Shown here in pieces: positions 33,801 through 47,975 of a stretch of DNA of 64,000 bases; position 1 is the first letter of the stretch; each line of letters starts with the position of its first letter. The notes beneath the pieces are model-generated. The model was not told where the DNA came from. It searched no databases and was given only the letters and a program-made list of their open reading frames with translations. The stretch lies in assembly GCF_009914755.1 (NCBI RefSeq), contig NC_060932.1. The stretch is one strand, 5' to 3'. Position numbers and translations under genes: made by a program. The stretch is from the human T2T-CHM13v2.0 reference genome, Homo sapiens.

Positions 33801-34429
33801 AACAAAAACAAATCAAAACTCTTTGATATAAATGTAGTACTTATTTTCATTTGCAAAATTTCGCATTTTTAAAGAATTTTACTTCCTCTTTTTATTTCTT
33901 TTTAGAATCCTCTTCAATTATTAACATCTTTGTTTTTTTAACAGAAGAGTTTCACCTCTGAATAAACTACTCATTGAAGTTCTTTGACTTCTACCATTCA
34001 AAGAAAATAATCACTGACTCTGTATACCAGATTAAATTTGAGACACAAAAAGAGTGATGAGTTCTGTTCTCTCTTAATATCCTCGTGCTATTATGTTTCT
34101 CTTGAGAACATAAGATAAACATTTCTTTGATGCACAATGGTATCTTCAGCACTGAATGAGCGGTGACATTCACTTAATAAACCAGGGTTCTTCTTTCAAC
34201 TTAATTAATATCCTTTGGAGGAACCTATGAGAACCTCATCATATCATGTACAGCCTATTGTGCCTTACTCATAAAGCTCTTCTAAAATAGAGATTTAAGA
34301 ACAGGTATTCTAGTACAATGAACAGGGAACTGAACTGGGTGTCAGGAGAAAAGTTTAGAAGTAATGGTTGTGTGGTCTTAGCCTGTTCTCTTTAGCAATA
34401 AAATGGTTAGTAACTTCCCAGTGTTCTAG

Positions 34430-35225
<796 letters not shown>

Positions 35226-35237
35226 CTCTAAAATATA

Positions 35238-35900
35238 GAGTCTCCATTTGAACTACTGACATTCTTGACCAGCTAATTCTTTGCTGGGCGTGTAGGTGTA
35301 GGCTACTGGCTCCACCAGGTGCTCTGGAGACTCCGCTAGTATCCTCACAGGCTACAATGATAAAGACATGAACCTCAGTTAATCTGAGTGGTGGCTCAAT
35401 GCCTTGTGATACCCTGGGAACAAGAGAGGATGGGAAGCTGTCATGAGGCAGTATCTCATCACTTCCCATTTGTGAGGAGGCGTGGGCTTTCTGCCTCTCT
35501 CTCTTCTACTGGCTCTTCCAAAACAGGGTATTCCACAACTCTCAGTGCAGTCCTTTGGCCCTTTTCCTTTCAGTGTCATCCTGCGATACGTAGACCATGG
35601 GGAGCTGGTACTTTTAGCTTCCCCTTCTTTTTGCTGTCTACGTAAGTAATCAACTAGCTAAACCTACAAGTGGCTTGTTGCATCTTTAACAGCCTAAGTA
35701 GTCAGGCTCGGGCTTTTGCCACGGCTTGTCTGTTGAATGCACTTAACGGCGGGGAGCTGTCCTGTGTGTTATGTTTAACAGCACCCCTTACCTCTACCCA
35801 CTGGATGCCATTAACACTCCCCAACTGTGATAACCAAACATGTCCCCAGATATAGCTAAATATGCCCTCTAAGGGGTAAAACTGTCCCTGCTTGAGAACG
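35238..35900 (-). mobile_element. MER20 (hAT-Charlie), split by an LTR
   Basis: actactgacattcttgaccagctaattctttg (35253-35283) resumes at ggggagctgtcctgtg...cctctacccactggatgcca...cttgagaac. Confidence 0.8.
35291..35747 (+). mobile_element. ERV1-type solo LTR (LTR47-like) inserted in MER20
   Basis: About 455 bp starting TGTA, flanked by 4-bp ggcg repeat, with degenerate poly(A) signal region aagtaatcaa; family name tentative. Confidence 0.6.
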
Positions 35901-37284
35901 TCTACTCTTTAGGTTCCTATGGACCCGTCCCCACCTCCTCATACACATGCAAGGCTTCTCCCGGGCCTCTGAACGCTTTTATATATTGGGCTACTGCATT
36001 ATATTTCATTTGAAGAAAGATTTATGTGGTTTCTAAACATAAGAAATAAGTAAAGCAATAAAGTAAAACTGTAAATAAGTAGAAAAGATAATAGTAGTAA
36101 ATAGTAAAGATGATCTCTAAGTATCCTTCTAAATTTAAGGTGCTGTGGTCTATAAATATATCTTTGAGTACTGACTTTATCAAATAGAGCTTTTTTATCA
36201 CAAAGGATAAAAAACTACTTCAGCTACCTTAATAACAGGAAAATTTATTAAAGAATAGAGGTATTCCATTGAACGCAAAGGCAAAAATGTGCCTCAAAAT
36301 TCAGGTGTTGCTGTCTTTCTCTGTCTCCCAGACATTCCCCTGAGATACAAACACATACGCCTGTATTATCTCAATCTTAGTTCCAAATTATCATGAAAGA
36401 GAATTTGGTCCAGCTTGGCTCAGCATCTGGTTCTGGACTTAAAAAGTTTGGCCAAGGAACTAGAAGAGGCAATACAAACAATGATGATGGGGAAAGAGGC
36501 ATTGGTTCTCAGCAAAGAGTACTTGTGCAGATATCTCAATGAGTAGCTACTGCAATAATACATGTTAAATTCAAAGTTTTAACACGTGTTAAATTTAAAG
36601 TTCATGTTTTAAAAATATGTAAATAGATTTATATGTGCAAATGGGTTCATAACAGAGATAAAAAAACTACTTCAGCTACCTTAACAACAGGAATATTTAG
36701 TGTTATATCTGAAAGTGAAATAAACGGGATTTCCACTTTCTATTTTATACATTTCTACACTGTTTTAGTATTTATTACATATATGTGTTATTTTTATAAT
36801 GGGATATTGATCCTCAGACAAAAATGATCTTTATGCATGCTGTTTAATATGTGTGCAAAACAATGCTTTTTAAAAGCTCTTGCTTACAGAAATTACTTTG
36901 TAACGAATAAAGAAAAATTGGATCATTCTTCCTATCAAATGACTAACATTAAATATGGTAACAGCAATGGATAAGACAAATGTGAAATAAATCTATTAAT
37001 TTAGATTCTGTAATAATGCTGACTGTAGAAACAAATTGAGTAAAATAGTGAAGGGATTATTTCAAAAATTCCAGGGTTTTAGTCATACTTTCATATATGA
37101 AAGTCTTTGTCTTTCATATAAAAGTGACCCAAAATTCAGAATTCTGTCAACATCTGGGACTAGCATACTTGGAACAAATTAATTTCACCCCAGTGAACTA
37201 TGTGTCTCATTACATGTAACTTTTTTTTCCAAGTACGTCAGTGGGAAAAAATAAAAACTGCATTTCTTTTTTAAAAAAAAGTTC

Positions 37285-37573
37285 AGCCAGGCGCAGTGGC
37301 TCATGCCTCTGAAATCCTACCATTTTGGGAGGCCGAGACCAACAGATCGCTTGAGCCCAGGAGTTCAAGACCATCCCGGTCAACATGGCGAGACCTGTCT
37401 CTACAAAAAATACAAAAATTAGCTAAGCATGATGGTGTGCACCTGTACTCCCAGCTACTTGGGAAGCTGAAGTGGGAGGATCACCTGAGTCAAGGAGGTC
37501 GAGGCTGCAGTGAGCCATGATCACACCACTGGACTCTATCCTGACTGACAGAGTGAGACCCCATCTCAAAAAA
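37285..37573 (+). mobile_element. AluJ
   Basis: Diverged dimer with J diagnostics. Confidence 0.92.
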
Positions 37574-37654
37574 CCCCACAACTTTTAATTAAAATTCTTA
37601 AAAGTTCAAAAAAATAAAGTTCACTACAAAGTCTGCCATGGCAATATGCCATAG

Positions 37655-37870
37655 TTAGAGTTAAGAACACAGCTGTACTTCAGAGGCTGGCTTCTGGGGC
37701 CAAACTGCACAGGCTAGAATACCAGTTCTGCTGCCATTACTTGTGGGACCCTAGCAATTCCTTTACCTCTCTCAGCTTCCATTTCCTTGCCTGTAAATCA
37801 GGAGATAATATTAGAGTACCTATCTCATAGGGCTGTTAGGACAAAACAAGCCTATGCACATAATTTTTAG
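37655..37870 (+). mobile_element. MIR SINE
   Basis: tttacctctctcagcttccatttccttgcctgtaaatcaggagataata...gtacctatctcatagggctgtt. Confidence 0.75.
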
Positions 37871-38374
37871 AGATATTAAAAAATATTTAATTACCCACTC
37901 AAAAATTCATCCATGTGAATAAAATTACTGAGTTTTACATGGGAGAGGTCTTCTATATATGACTTAATGAGTTAAATGCATCTCCTTCAATCTTTATGGA
38001 CAAACTCTGGCATGAAATTTTACAATAATAAAAGAATCTTCCAATTCAATTTTGCGCCTGTTGTCAAGTTTACTTATAAATATAGAAAATCAAGACTTTT
38101 TTTTTTTAAAAAGGCACATCACATCTGCAGTAACTTAGGTATAGATTATTCTGTACATATACATAGCAGATTTTTATATCCCAGATCAATTTTATCCTTT
38201 TTGCAATGAACAAAGTTAATCCAGGACACAATACATTTGTAAAATCAGAATTATCTGCTCACATAACAATTTATTACAAGATAAGGCAGATACTGGAATA
38301 AATGTAAGATTGAGTGTAACAAAGTATCTCTCTTTCTACCTGGAAACTCAATAGAGAATAATGACTGAAAGTTC

Positions 38375-38582
38375 TGTCCCAGGAATCAGATAAACCTCAG
38401 TTTTAGAATACTGCTCAATCCTTAGTAACTGTCTGACCTTGGGCAAGTTACTTCACCACTGCCAATCTTAATTTCCTCTTTCATAAAACACTACCTAACA
38501 CAGTGAATTGCTGTTACAATTAAATGTGACAATATATACAAACTCGGCTTGGCTCTTTGCACATAACAAGAACTCAATAAAC
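38375..38582 (+). mobile_element. MIR SINE
   Basis: tgaccttgggcaagttactt...tttcctctttcataaaa...aactcaataaa. Confidence 0.75.
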
Positions 38583-39077
38583 ACTCTCTCGTATCCCAAT
38601 GAGAATCTTTTCATCTGTCTTTCAAAAATAGATATACAGTGCTAACAGAAGATCTGCTGGATTGAAATAAAGGTAAACTGATAATAGCCCTAGGAACAAT
38701 GAATTCATTTGTGCCACACCTAACTGCTATATTATGCTTCTTTTTATTTAGGGGTAGATTACTTTTTCTAAACTTGACTAGATTCAACTAAATGAAATGT
38801 CCATAAGGAATAAAGCAAGTATCTCTACAATCTGACCAGGGAAATTTATAATAGGATCATAAAGCTTGCACAACTCTAAGGGACAATGACCACATGTAAA
38901 AGGTGCTTCCCAATCTGTTTATGAGACAGAAGAAGGGATAAACATGAGAAACACTTCATCAGTGTTTGTGAATCTTTCCCTAAACTGCTAACTCTACTTC
39001 CTCTCTCTCAAGGCCTCACGGACTTACTAGCATTCCAGATAAATTTCTTATGTGTGTAAAACATGAAGACCAATTCA

Positions 39078-39080
<3 letters not shown>

Positions 39081-39131
<51 letters not shown>

Positions 39132-39152
39132 TATACATATATACACACACAG

Positions 39153-39183
<31 letters not shown>
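39081..39183. repeat. Compound (TA)n-(CA)n microsatellite at an Alu tail
   Basis: About 19 TA units followed by interrupted CA runs. Confidence 0.95.
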
Positions 39184-39393
<210 letters not shown>

Positions 39394-39540
39394 TAATATT
39401 TTTATCACTAGTTACAAGGTTTAAACTTACATATTTAAAACATCCTCCCTCCCAAGGAAAACAGGATTAAACCTGTACCATAATAGTAATAATTTGATTC
39501 TGCTTTCAATTTTAGTCTCCTAAGAAAGTATATCATTACT

Positions 39541-39754
39541 GGCCGGGCGCGGTGGCTCACACCTGTAATCCCAGCACTTTGGGACGCCGAGGCAGGCGGA
39601 TCACGAGGTCAGGAGATCAAGACCATCCTGGCTAACACGGTGAAACCCCGTCTCTACTAAAAAAATATAAAAAATTAGCCGGGCATGGTGGCAGGCACCT
39701 GTAGTCCCAGCTACTCAGGAGGCTGAGGCAGGAGAATGGCGTGAACCCTGGAGG
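39541..39754 (+). mobile_element. AluY, 3'-truncated (tailless)
   Basis: Intact 5' end; stops at gtgaaccctggagg; flanked by agaaagtatatcat repeats. Confidence 0.93.
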
Positions 39755-41731
39755 AGAAAGTATATCATAAATATATCATTACTATTATTTTCCTATGCCT
39801 CTGACAACTGATTCAACAGACTGAAATGCCAACATTCTGCTGTACTTTCAATCTAAAGGACATAAAGAATATAACTTAAAGAATTCTCATTCCTTAGGAA
39901 AGTTATTTAGCTAAAAGCAAATAATTAAAAAAATAAACTGAGTTTTGTGTTTCCATGGGATTTGACACATTATCCTATTATCAATTGTTCTGAATGATAG
40001 TATTGAATCACATATTTCACTTCCCACCTCAACTTTTCCCCCACATTGAGGAAAAGACCACCTTTTTCTTTTAACATAATTCCTCATCTGTCCTTTTCCT
40101 TGTCTCATTCCTAGTGGGTTACAATTTTCAGAAACAGCAACTGTGATGTCTCTTGGCTTGAAAGAGAGCTGCTTACTCATGAGTAATCTGCTTTAAAAAA
40201 TATTAACCAATTATTTCATACACTTAATATTTGGTTACAGCAAACCACGATACCCCTGCTATTGAAATATTTGTGGGGAAAATGTTTAAGTTACATTAAC
40301 GATTCTCCATAATCCTATATGCAATATCTCCACTCACTAGGTTAAAAGAATCTAAATTACAATGAGGAAAAAAGAGCTTCATGTCTTATCAAATCACAAC
40401 TCAAGTTTACAAAATTACAAAGGATACTAAACAAAGAATGTAACACAAATTCACGCTGATGGTAACAAAGAGCAGCTTATGGGAATGTCAGCCCTTCACT
40501 GAGCTTTGATTGAGTGTCCGCTTTGTGTCAGAATACAAAAATAGTCTTGTGTGGCAACCTTACTGTTGCATACAAGAAGAAAGCAAGTGGAAAGAAACAA
40601 GTATTTACTGAGACTCTACTTGCTTTCTCTATATTCTTTCATTTAACTTCCCATAAAAATTTTATGCAGTAGAGCCAACGTCCGTTTTATAATTAAGAAA
40701 CTGAAGCTCAAAGCAAATGTGTAAAATCAGTCTGTATGTGATACATTGCAATTCATACTTAATTGTAAAGCCAAGCACTTATTTGCTATCTTAAATTCCA
40801 TATAAATGCAAGCTAAGATTATCCCAGAACAATACTCAAGCTTTCTTCCCCAGAAGTAAATTCTAAAAGGCATATCTACATATTTGTCCTTAATACCTCG
40901 TATACCACTCCTATATTCAATGTCCTCTTCCTAATAAGCCCATCACAGTTCCCCTGTGGGAACGCTTGAAAAATACCTATGACAGTGAGAGTTCCATTTT
41001 AGGGGACCCACTAGAACATTTCCTGGCCTGGTTCCCTCAATCCTCAGAACTCAAGTTTATTCTTTCAAAAGACCAGCACTCAAACCTGTGTCATAAACAG
41101 GCAAAACAAAAGATGTGCCCTCTATCTCTAGCCATGATTATGTGTACCACAGTAAATTTAGAAATTTTCAGGCTTGACACAAAAGTCTGAAAGAGTTATT
41201 CAGATTTCAGATGTATTGATCCAAAATAAATGTATCTTTGGCTACACAGTGGGAATGCTTGGTAAGTCTTATTTATATGGTCATATCAGGGAGTAGAATA
41301 TGAAATAACTCACAGTAAGGTTAACATTCTTAATCTTGGATTCTGCTTACATATGAAAAATCTAATACCCACCATATTTTTAAAAAGATAATTAGCAGAT
41401 TTAAATAATACAAGACACTACGTTTTTTAAAAGTAAAGTACAAATGTAAAGCCTATAAATACAATTATTATACTTAATAGTTTTCTAGCTTGGTCAGTTG
41501 AGAATGAGAAGTAAGAAGGACTCCCTACATCTTTATCTCAAATATGGACCTACCTCCACATTTCAGTATTAAAACTGTACAAAGGGAAGCCATACTTCTA
41601 ATAATATATGAGTTTCAGATAACATGATAAAGATGCAAAGCAAAATCTGCCTGGTTACACAACCCATTTGTCTCAAATACCATTTTCATACAACCCCAAA
41701 CTTAAGCCATGTATCTCACTGAAAACTACAG

Positions 41732-42056
41732 TATGTATGTGTGTATGTACGTATGTATGTATGTATATATGTATTTTGAGACAGGGTCCCCTCTGTCACC
41801 CAGACTGGAGTCCCATGAAGTGATTATGGCTCACTGCAACCTGTACCTCCCCACTCAAGTGATCCTTCTGCCTCAGCCTTCCAAGTAGCTAGGACCACAG
41901 GTGTGTGCCACCACCCCCAGCTAATTTTTAAATTTTTTGTAGAGACAGGATCTCACTTTATTGCTCAGGCTGGTCTCAAACTCTGAACTCAAGCAATCCT
42001 CCCACTTTGGCCTCCCAAAGTGCCAAGATTAGAGGTATGAGTCACTGCACCTAACC
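41732..42056 (-). mobile_element. AluJ with (TATG)n tail
   Basis: Diverged dimer on the minus strand. Confidence 0.9.
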
Positions 42057-42617
42057 TAACCCATAGATTGTTTTGAACAATTGAAGTGAGTCTAAAAGTA
42101 AATGCAAATGTGTAATGCTTTTATTAGACAGACAGACCTGGGCATTAAGTAAAGCCTTGCATCACTGTAAAAAAGTATATGAAAATTTTTTTTCTAGTTT
42201 TTTGCTTTTTCCACCTAATTTAAGCATCTTCAATGTATTTCTTAAGGCCTTGGAAGAGTGAAAGCTTCCATACGGGTGCTTTTCCTGGAATTCTAATAAA
42301 ACACAATTAATAAGTACATAACATATATATATGTTATGTGTATATCTACCACTATTGTACAGAATAACTGTTAAAACAGTCCCAATTTTATCAGGTAAAT
42401 GCACACTACTCTAACCTTCCTGAAAGCAGTTGGAACACAAGCAGACAAGTCATCAACGTTAAGAGTACTCAGTGTCAGCGGAGATTATTTCCAAAGGCAC
42501 AATGACTCTCATTCTGGGCCTCTCTTCTCTGTTTTAAGGATACAAGTATGGAATTTTGTCATCTTTGTTTTTTATGAAAATGCTACACTGAGACTTGTTT
42601 AAAAGATCCCAATTCAA

Positions 42618-42760
42618 GGGTGCCTGTAATCCTAGCTACTCAGGAGGCTGAGCCAGGAGAATTGCTTGAACCTGGGAGGCAGAGGTTGCAGTGAGCCGAG
42701 ATCACACATTGCACTCCAGCCTGGACAACACAGCAAGACTCCGTCTCAAAAAAAAAAAAA
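42618..42760 (+). mobile_element. Alu right arm (5'-truncated AluS)
   Basis: gggtgcctgtaatcc...poly-A; flanking repeat ccaattca. Confidence 0.92.
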
Positions 42761-43357
42761 TACCAATTCAGGTTTTATATGGACAACTAATGGTAAAAAT
42801 GCAGAAGGGAAGTATTCTGGCAGGAAAAGGAAAGACATTAATGAAACAAAACCAAGTGAATCAGATTTTCAAGGCTTCACTGAATTTTCAACTAATTTTT
42901 GCAAACAGTAAAGAAGGTGTGAGAAATGACTTTTCTTAACCTAGCTCATTTATAAATGATATATAAATAGACAGTGTGACAAACTAAATCAAGAGGTCCA
43001 GTGAAGTTCTCCAGTAGCTAAAACTTCTTTGGTCCTTATTAAGAAGCTGTGGCTTTCCAGGAATTTATCCTAAAGCAATTAAGATTTATACATATATGTA
43101 ATGAAAAGGATATTCTTTATACTACTGTTTATAAAATGGTACAAAAATAGCCTAAATGGCCTACAACAGGTGACTGATTTTAAAAAATGATGATTTCTAT
43201 ATAAATAATTCTTAGAAGCCTTTAAAATGAGATTATATAAAAATATTCACTGACAATAAAATATGTTACTACATAAAGTAGAAAAATAAATAAATAATAT
43301 GGTGGAATGATCTCATTTTACGTAAAATGGATTGTATACACAGGTTCACTGGGTCTA

Positions 43358-43548
43358 ACAGCACTGTCCAACAGAACTTTCTGTGATAACAAAAATTTCT
43401 ATGTCTACACTCTCCATTACGATAACCGATAGCCAGATACGGTCATTAAGCATTTAAAACACGGCTAGTGCAACTGAGAAACTAAATTTTTAATTTTTAA
43501 AACTGTAATTGATTTTAATTTAATGGCTATCACACTGGACCATGCAAG
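43358..43548. mobile_element. MER3-like hAT-Charlie MITE
   Basis: cagcactgtccaacagaactttctgtgata ... gctagtgcaactgagaaactaaattttt. Confidence 0.75.
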
Positions 43549-43672
43549 TCTAAATAGACAAAAAACAAGGTGTGAGAGTTATCATCAGTATATTTTCTCA
43601 TTTTTCTTTAATGGGCAACTATCACTTCTAATAATGCTGTTAAGAAAAAACCCAGAAAGTTGTTAACCTTCA

Positions 43673-44170
<498 letters not shown>

Positions 44171-46109
44171 CTAAAAGACTTTGTAAAAGGAAATGAAACA
44201 TATCTTTCTAAATAGCAGACACACAAAAGGAAGTTATAAGGAAATTAACAGAGAGGTATTACTTTAGGAGTAAGTTACACTTGGTTTAAATTTTTGTAGA
44301 CAGGTTAGTTTTTTGGTTTGGGGGGAAGGGGGTTTGGTGAAGATTATTTTCCACCTTAAGTTTGCTAAATATGATACGGTTTTAAAAGCTAAGCTAAAAA
44401 TAATTTAAAAGAATTAATTTGGCAGACTTACAGAATGAAATTAACCTTTTATATGTATGATGTATTCTTAAATGAAGCCCACTGTGTGAACAGAACCTTC
44501 ATTTCTCAATTAAGAAAACATTTCCATTATAACAACTTTCTATCAGCTCTACAGACTGTGGCAAAGTAACAACTTTCTCCTTCTTCACTGGTAAACTGGT
44601 AGGTAATCTGAATCATCTGCCTCACACACAGGACACAAATATTAGTGACACTGCTTGGCTAAGTCCTTTGAGAGGCCTCGAGGGAAAACCCTTTACAATA
44701 TTACGTATCAACTATCCACAGCAACTTTTATAAATTTACCACCATCACCTTATTTTTTCTTATCCCTCCCTACCTCAACTCCTCAGCTCCCAAGAGGGGC
44801 AATTCATGGGTTTAATCTGTAAGTTAACAAGAAAAAATGTTTTACTATCCTTTGTGGAAAACCCATTATAACCAAAAGTTAATGCATGATCAGAATCAAT
44901 ATTCAACTGCCCATCCTAATGAAGAATAAGCAGTTACTTGACAAATGGAAGATAATCTAAACATAATTTGCATATGACTATAAAATGTGTTTTATATTTG
45001 TATATGAATATTGAAGTGTCTGACATACTGCAAGTTCACATTGCTTTAAAATAAAGGAATCTCAAGATATCACCTAATCAAGAAGTAGAAAATTACTCAG
45101 CTTCCTTATCCATGTAACACAGAGTAATATAAAAAAAAGTCAGACAGAATCAAGCCTTCTTCCAGTGAACTGCTTTGTCACTTCACACACGTTTCTTGAA
45201 TATAATTAGACATCAGTGATAGACAATAAGAATACGTATGAAAGTGGACAAGATTATTGTTAGTTCCTACCACAGAGAACGTGGTACATGCTTAACTTCA
45301 CACCTTACCTGATTCAGTTTAAGAATCTGGCACCTCATCCTGTGGCTGTGTTAGAAAGTAAACATACTCAGTGCACAGAGAACTACTCTACTTCTAGACG
45401 CCAAGAAGAACAGGAAGTTTACAATATACTAGAACTATAAAGACCAGTCTTTGAGTCTTTAATCTGTTTGTATTTCCTGTCTCCTAATACCGGGAATATG
45501 AAAAGTATGAGAATTCTACTAAAGCCAGTAAGATGAAGAAATAGCTAAAAGAACATCTGTGAGTCTTTTGATCCTTGAAAAGCAGATAATGTTCACAATG
45601 CTAACAGAACACATTAAAGGAAAACACAAACCAAAAAAAATTTAAGTATTGGGAATTAATAAGTCTTCGTTTGTGGAAAGATTTCAGGCAACAAGCTATT
45701 AAAAACAGCCTATTTCCCTAAATTTTGGAAATATACTTGCCAATAGTAGGCAAACAATGTCATCTCAGAAATAACTGTGCATATTTTAGATAATTATTTT
45801 CTAATTAGTTAAAGTCCACCTGGCTTTTACTGTTAAATCTTAAAAATGAGTCCTATAATATATTCAAGTTTTCACATGAAATAGCTGATTCTTTCATTTT
45901 AATCTTTAAAAATATATCCTAAGCAAGTTGTTAGAAAGCATTTGAAGCAGCAGCCCTCAGACCGGAAACTGCTTTCCTGAATTTCCACAGTGTAATTAAA
46001 ACGATAATGTTATTTCTCTATATACTGCTTTTAACCTAAGAATAATTGTCAAGCAGAAATCTTATTATTCCAACGCTGATGAAACACCAAATACTTTGCT
46101 ATTTTAACT

Positions 46110-47256
46110 GATAAATCAGACTTCACCAAACTTAAAAACCTTTGCCTGTATACAGATACCATTAAGAAAACGAAAAGCAAAGCAAAGATTGGGAAATAGC
46201 ATTCACAATACACACATCCAACTAAGACCCATTGTTACAGCACAAAAAGAATTCTCAAAAATCAGTAACAGCAAAAAATAAAAATAAAACCAAAGATGGC
46301 CAAAAGATATGCACACTTCACAAAAAATATACATGAATGACCACTGTACATAAAAATATTCTCAACATGCTCAGCCATTAGGGCAACGCAGCTTCTTTTA
46401 CAGTCCAATGTGCACTTAGCATTCCACCCAGCAATCCCACTCTCAGGGATCCATCCAAGAGAAGTGAAAAAACATGTCCACGCTGAGACATACATCCAGC
46501 GTTATAACAGCTACAAACTGCAAACAAGCTAAACAACCACCAACTGTGCTACATCCATACAATGAAACACCATACAACAACAAAAAAACTAACGATATGC
46601 ACACACAATATAAACTCACAAACATTTAGCCAAATGGACCTAGGGAAAAAATAAAAGACAACTCTATTAACTAGAATCATACACGAAAGGGAGTAAATTA
46701 TTACTAAGCTTACAGAAATAAAAGATTATAAAGGAATATTATGAACAACTAAATGAGAAAACTGGATAGCCACATGCAAAGGCATGACGTTGGACCCTTC
46801 ACCTCACATCATCTCCAAACATCAATTCCAAATGCATCAGACCTAAATACATTTCAGTTACAACTCCTAGATGACAACAGAGTTAAATCATGATCTAGGG
46901 TTCGACAATGGATTCTCAGATAAGATACCAAAGCACAAGCAACGAAAGCAGAAACAGACTTTTTAATGTTAACCATTAATCAAATCACCAAAATGTAAAA
47001 CTTCTGTGCTTCAAAGGACAATATCACGAAAATGAAAAGACAACACAAAGAATGGGAGAAAGTATTTGCAAATCATTTTTCTAGTAAGAAACTTTTATCT
47101 ATCATAACTCAATAATGAAAAGACAGCCAATTTAATAACGGACAAAGATAGGAATAGACATTTCCCCAAAGAATACATACAAATGGCAAACACGCACATG
47201 AAAAGATGCTCAACATCATTACTTATCAGGCAAATGCAATTAAAACCACACTGAGG
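46110..47256 (+). mobile_element. Old L1M fragments (ORF2 3' end / 3' UTR), two pieces
   Basis: acccagcaatcccactctcaggg, tggatagccacatgcaaag, gaatgggagaaagtatttgcaaatcat, catgaaaagatgctcaacatcatt. Confidence 0.8.
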
Positions 47257-47269
47257 TTCTGGCACAGAG

Positions 47270-47785
47270 TAGGCATTTTACTCGGAGCAAGCACAGAGCT
47301 TTATTATGCCAGGGATGTGGTGCAAAGTAAGGCAGAGTAGGTTCCTGTGTTTATATTAAGGCACAAAGTTGGGAAGAGTACACAGATGGCAAACAAACAA
47401 GTAAATGTATGATTAAATAAGGATATAATTCCAGGTAATAAGTGCTATGGTGTAAAATAAAACATGATAAAAGAGTAATCAAACAAACAGGGCAGGGCAA
47501 GAAATTATGACAGCTTTGTCAGGGCACAACTCAGATGAATTAACATTATTAGTGAAAAATCTGGGGAAAGAGTACCGCAGGCAGAACAAGTTTGGTGCAT
47601 TAGAGAGACAAAAAGGCCATTGTAGCTGGAAGGTGGAGAGAAAGGGAGGGAATTACAGGGACATGAGGATGAAGTCCATGATGTAGACGGGAGCCAGACC
47701 AAGGAGGGCCCTGAAGATGAGTCCGGGTGTTACTTAAGTACACCTGGAATTATGTGGAGCATTTTTAAACACGCACATACTGTGA
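47270..47785 (-). mobile_element. L2 fragment
   Basis: Degenerate L2 motifs (aataagtgctatgg, aaggccattgtagctgga, gagccagaccaaggagggcc). Confidence 0.6.
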
Positions 47786-47792
47786 TCTAATC

Positions 47793-47975
47793 ATGGGCAG
47801 CTTCGCGAACACACAAGCTGTGCAGTTGCACAGGGCCCCAATGCTCTGCTGTCACCACCTGAAATTCTTAGCAATCTTATCTCTTAGCTTGTATTTTGTA
47901 CGTAACATTCAACGGGACAATGAATGGAGCATGCACATGAACAGAGGAGACGTGTTGGGTGGCAGTATATGCATA
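47793..47975. mobile_element. Zaphod/MER91-like hAT-Tip100 end fragment
   Basis: ctgtgcagttgcacagggcccc...aatgctctgctgtcaccacctgaaattctta. Confidence 0.65.

Noticed and set aside
44315-44338. G-rich run as a G-quadruplex
   Set aside because: Only two long G tracts plus GG pairs; weak and isolated.
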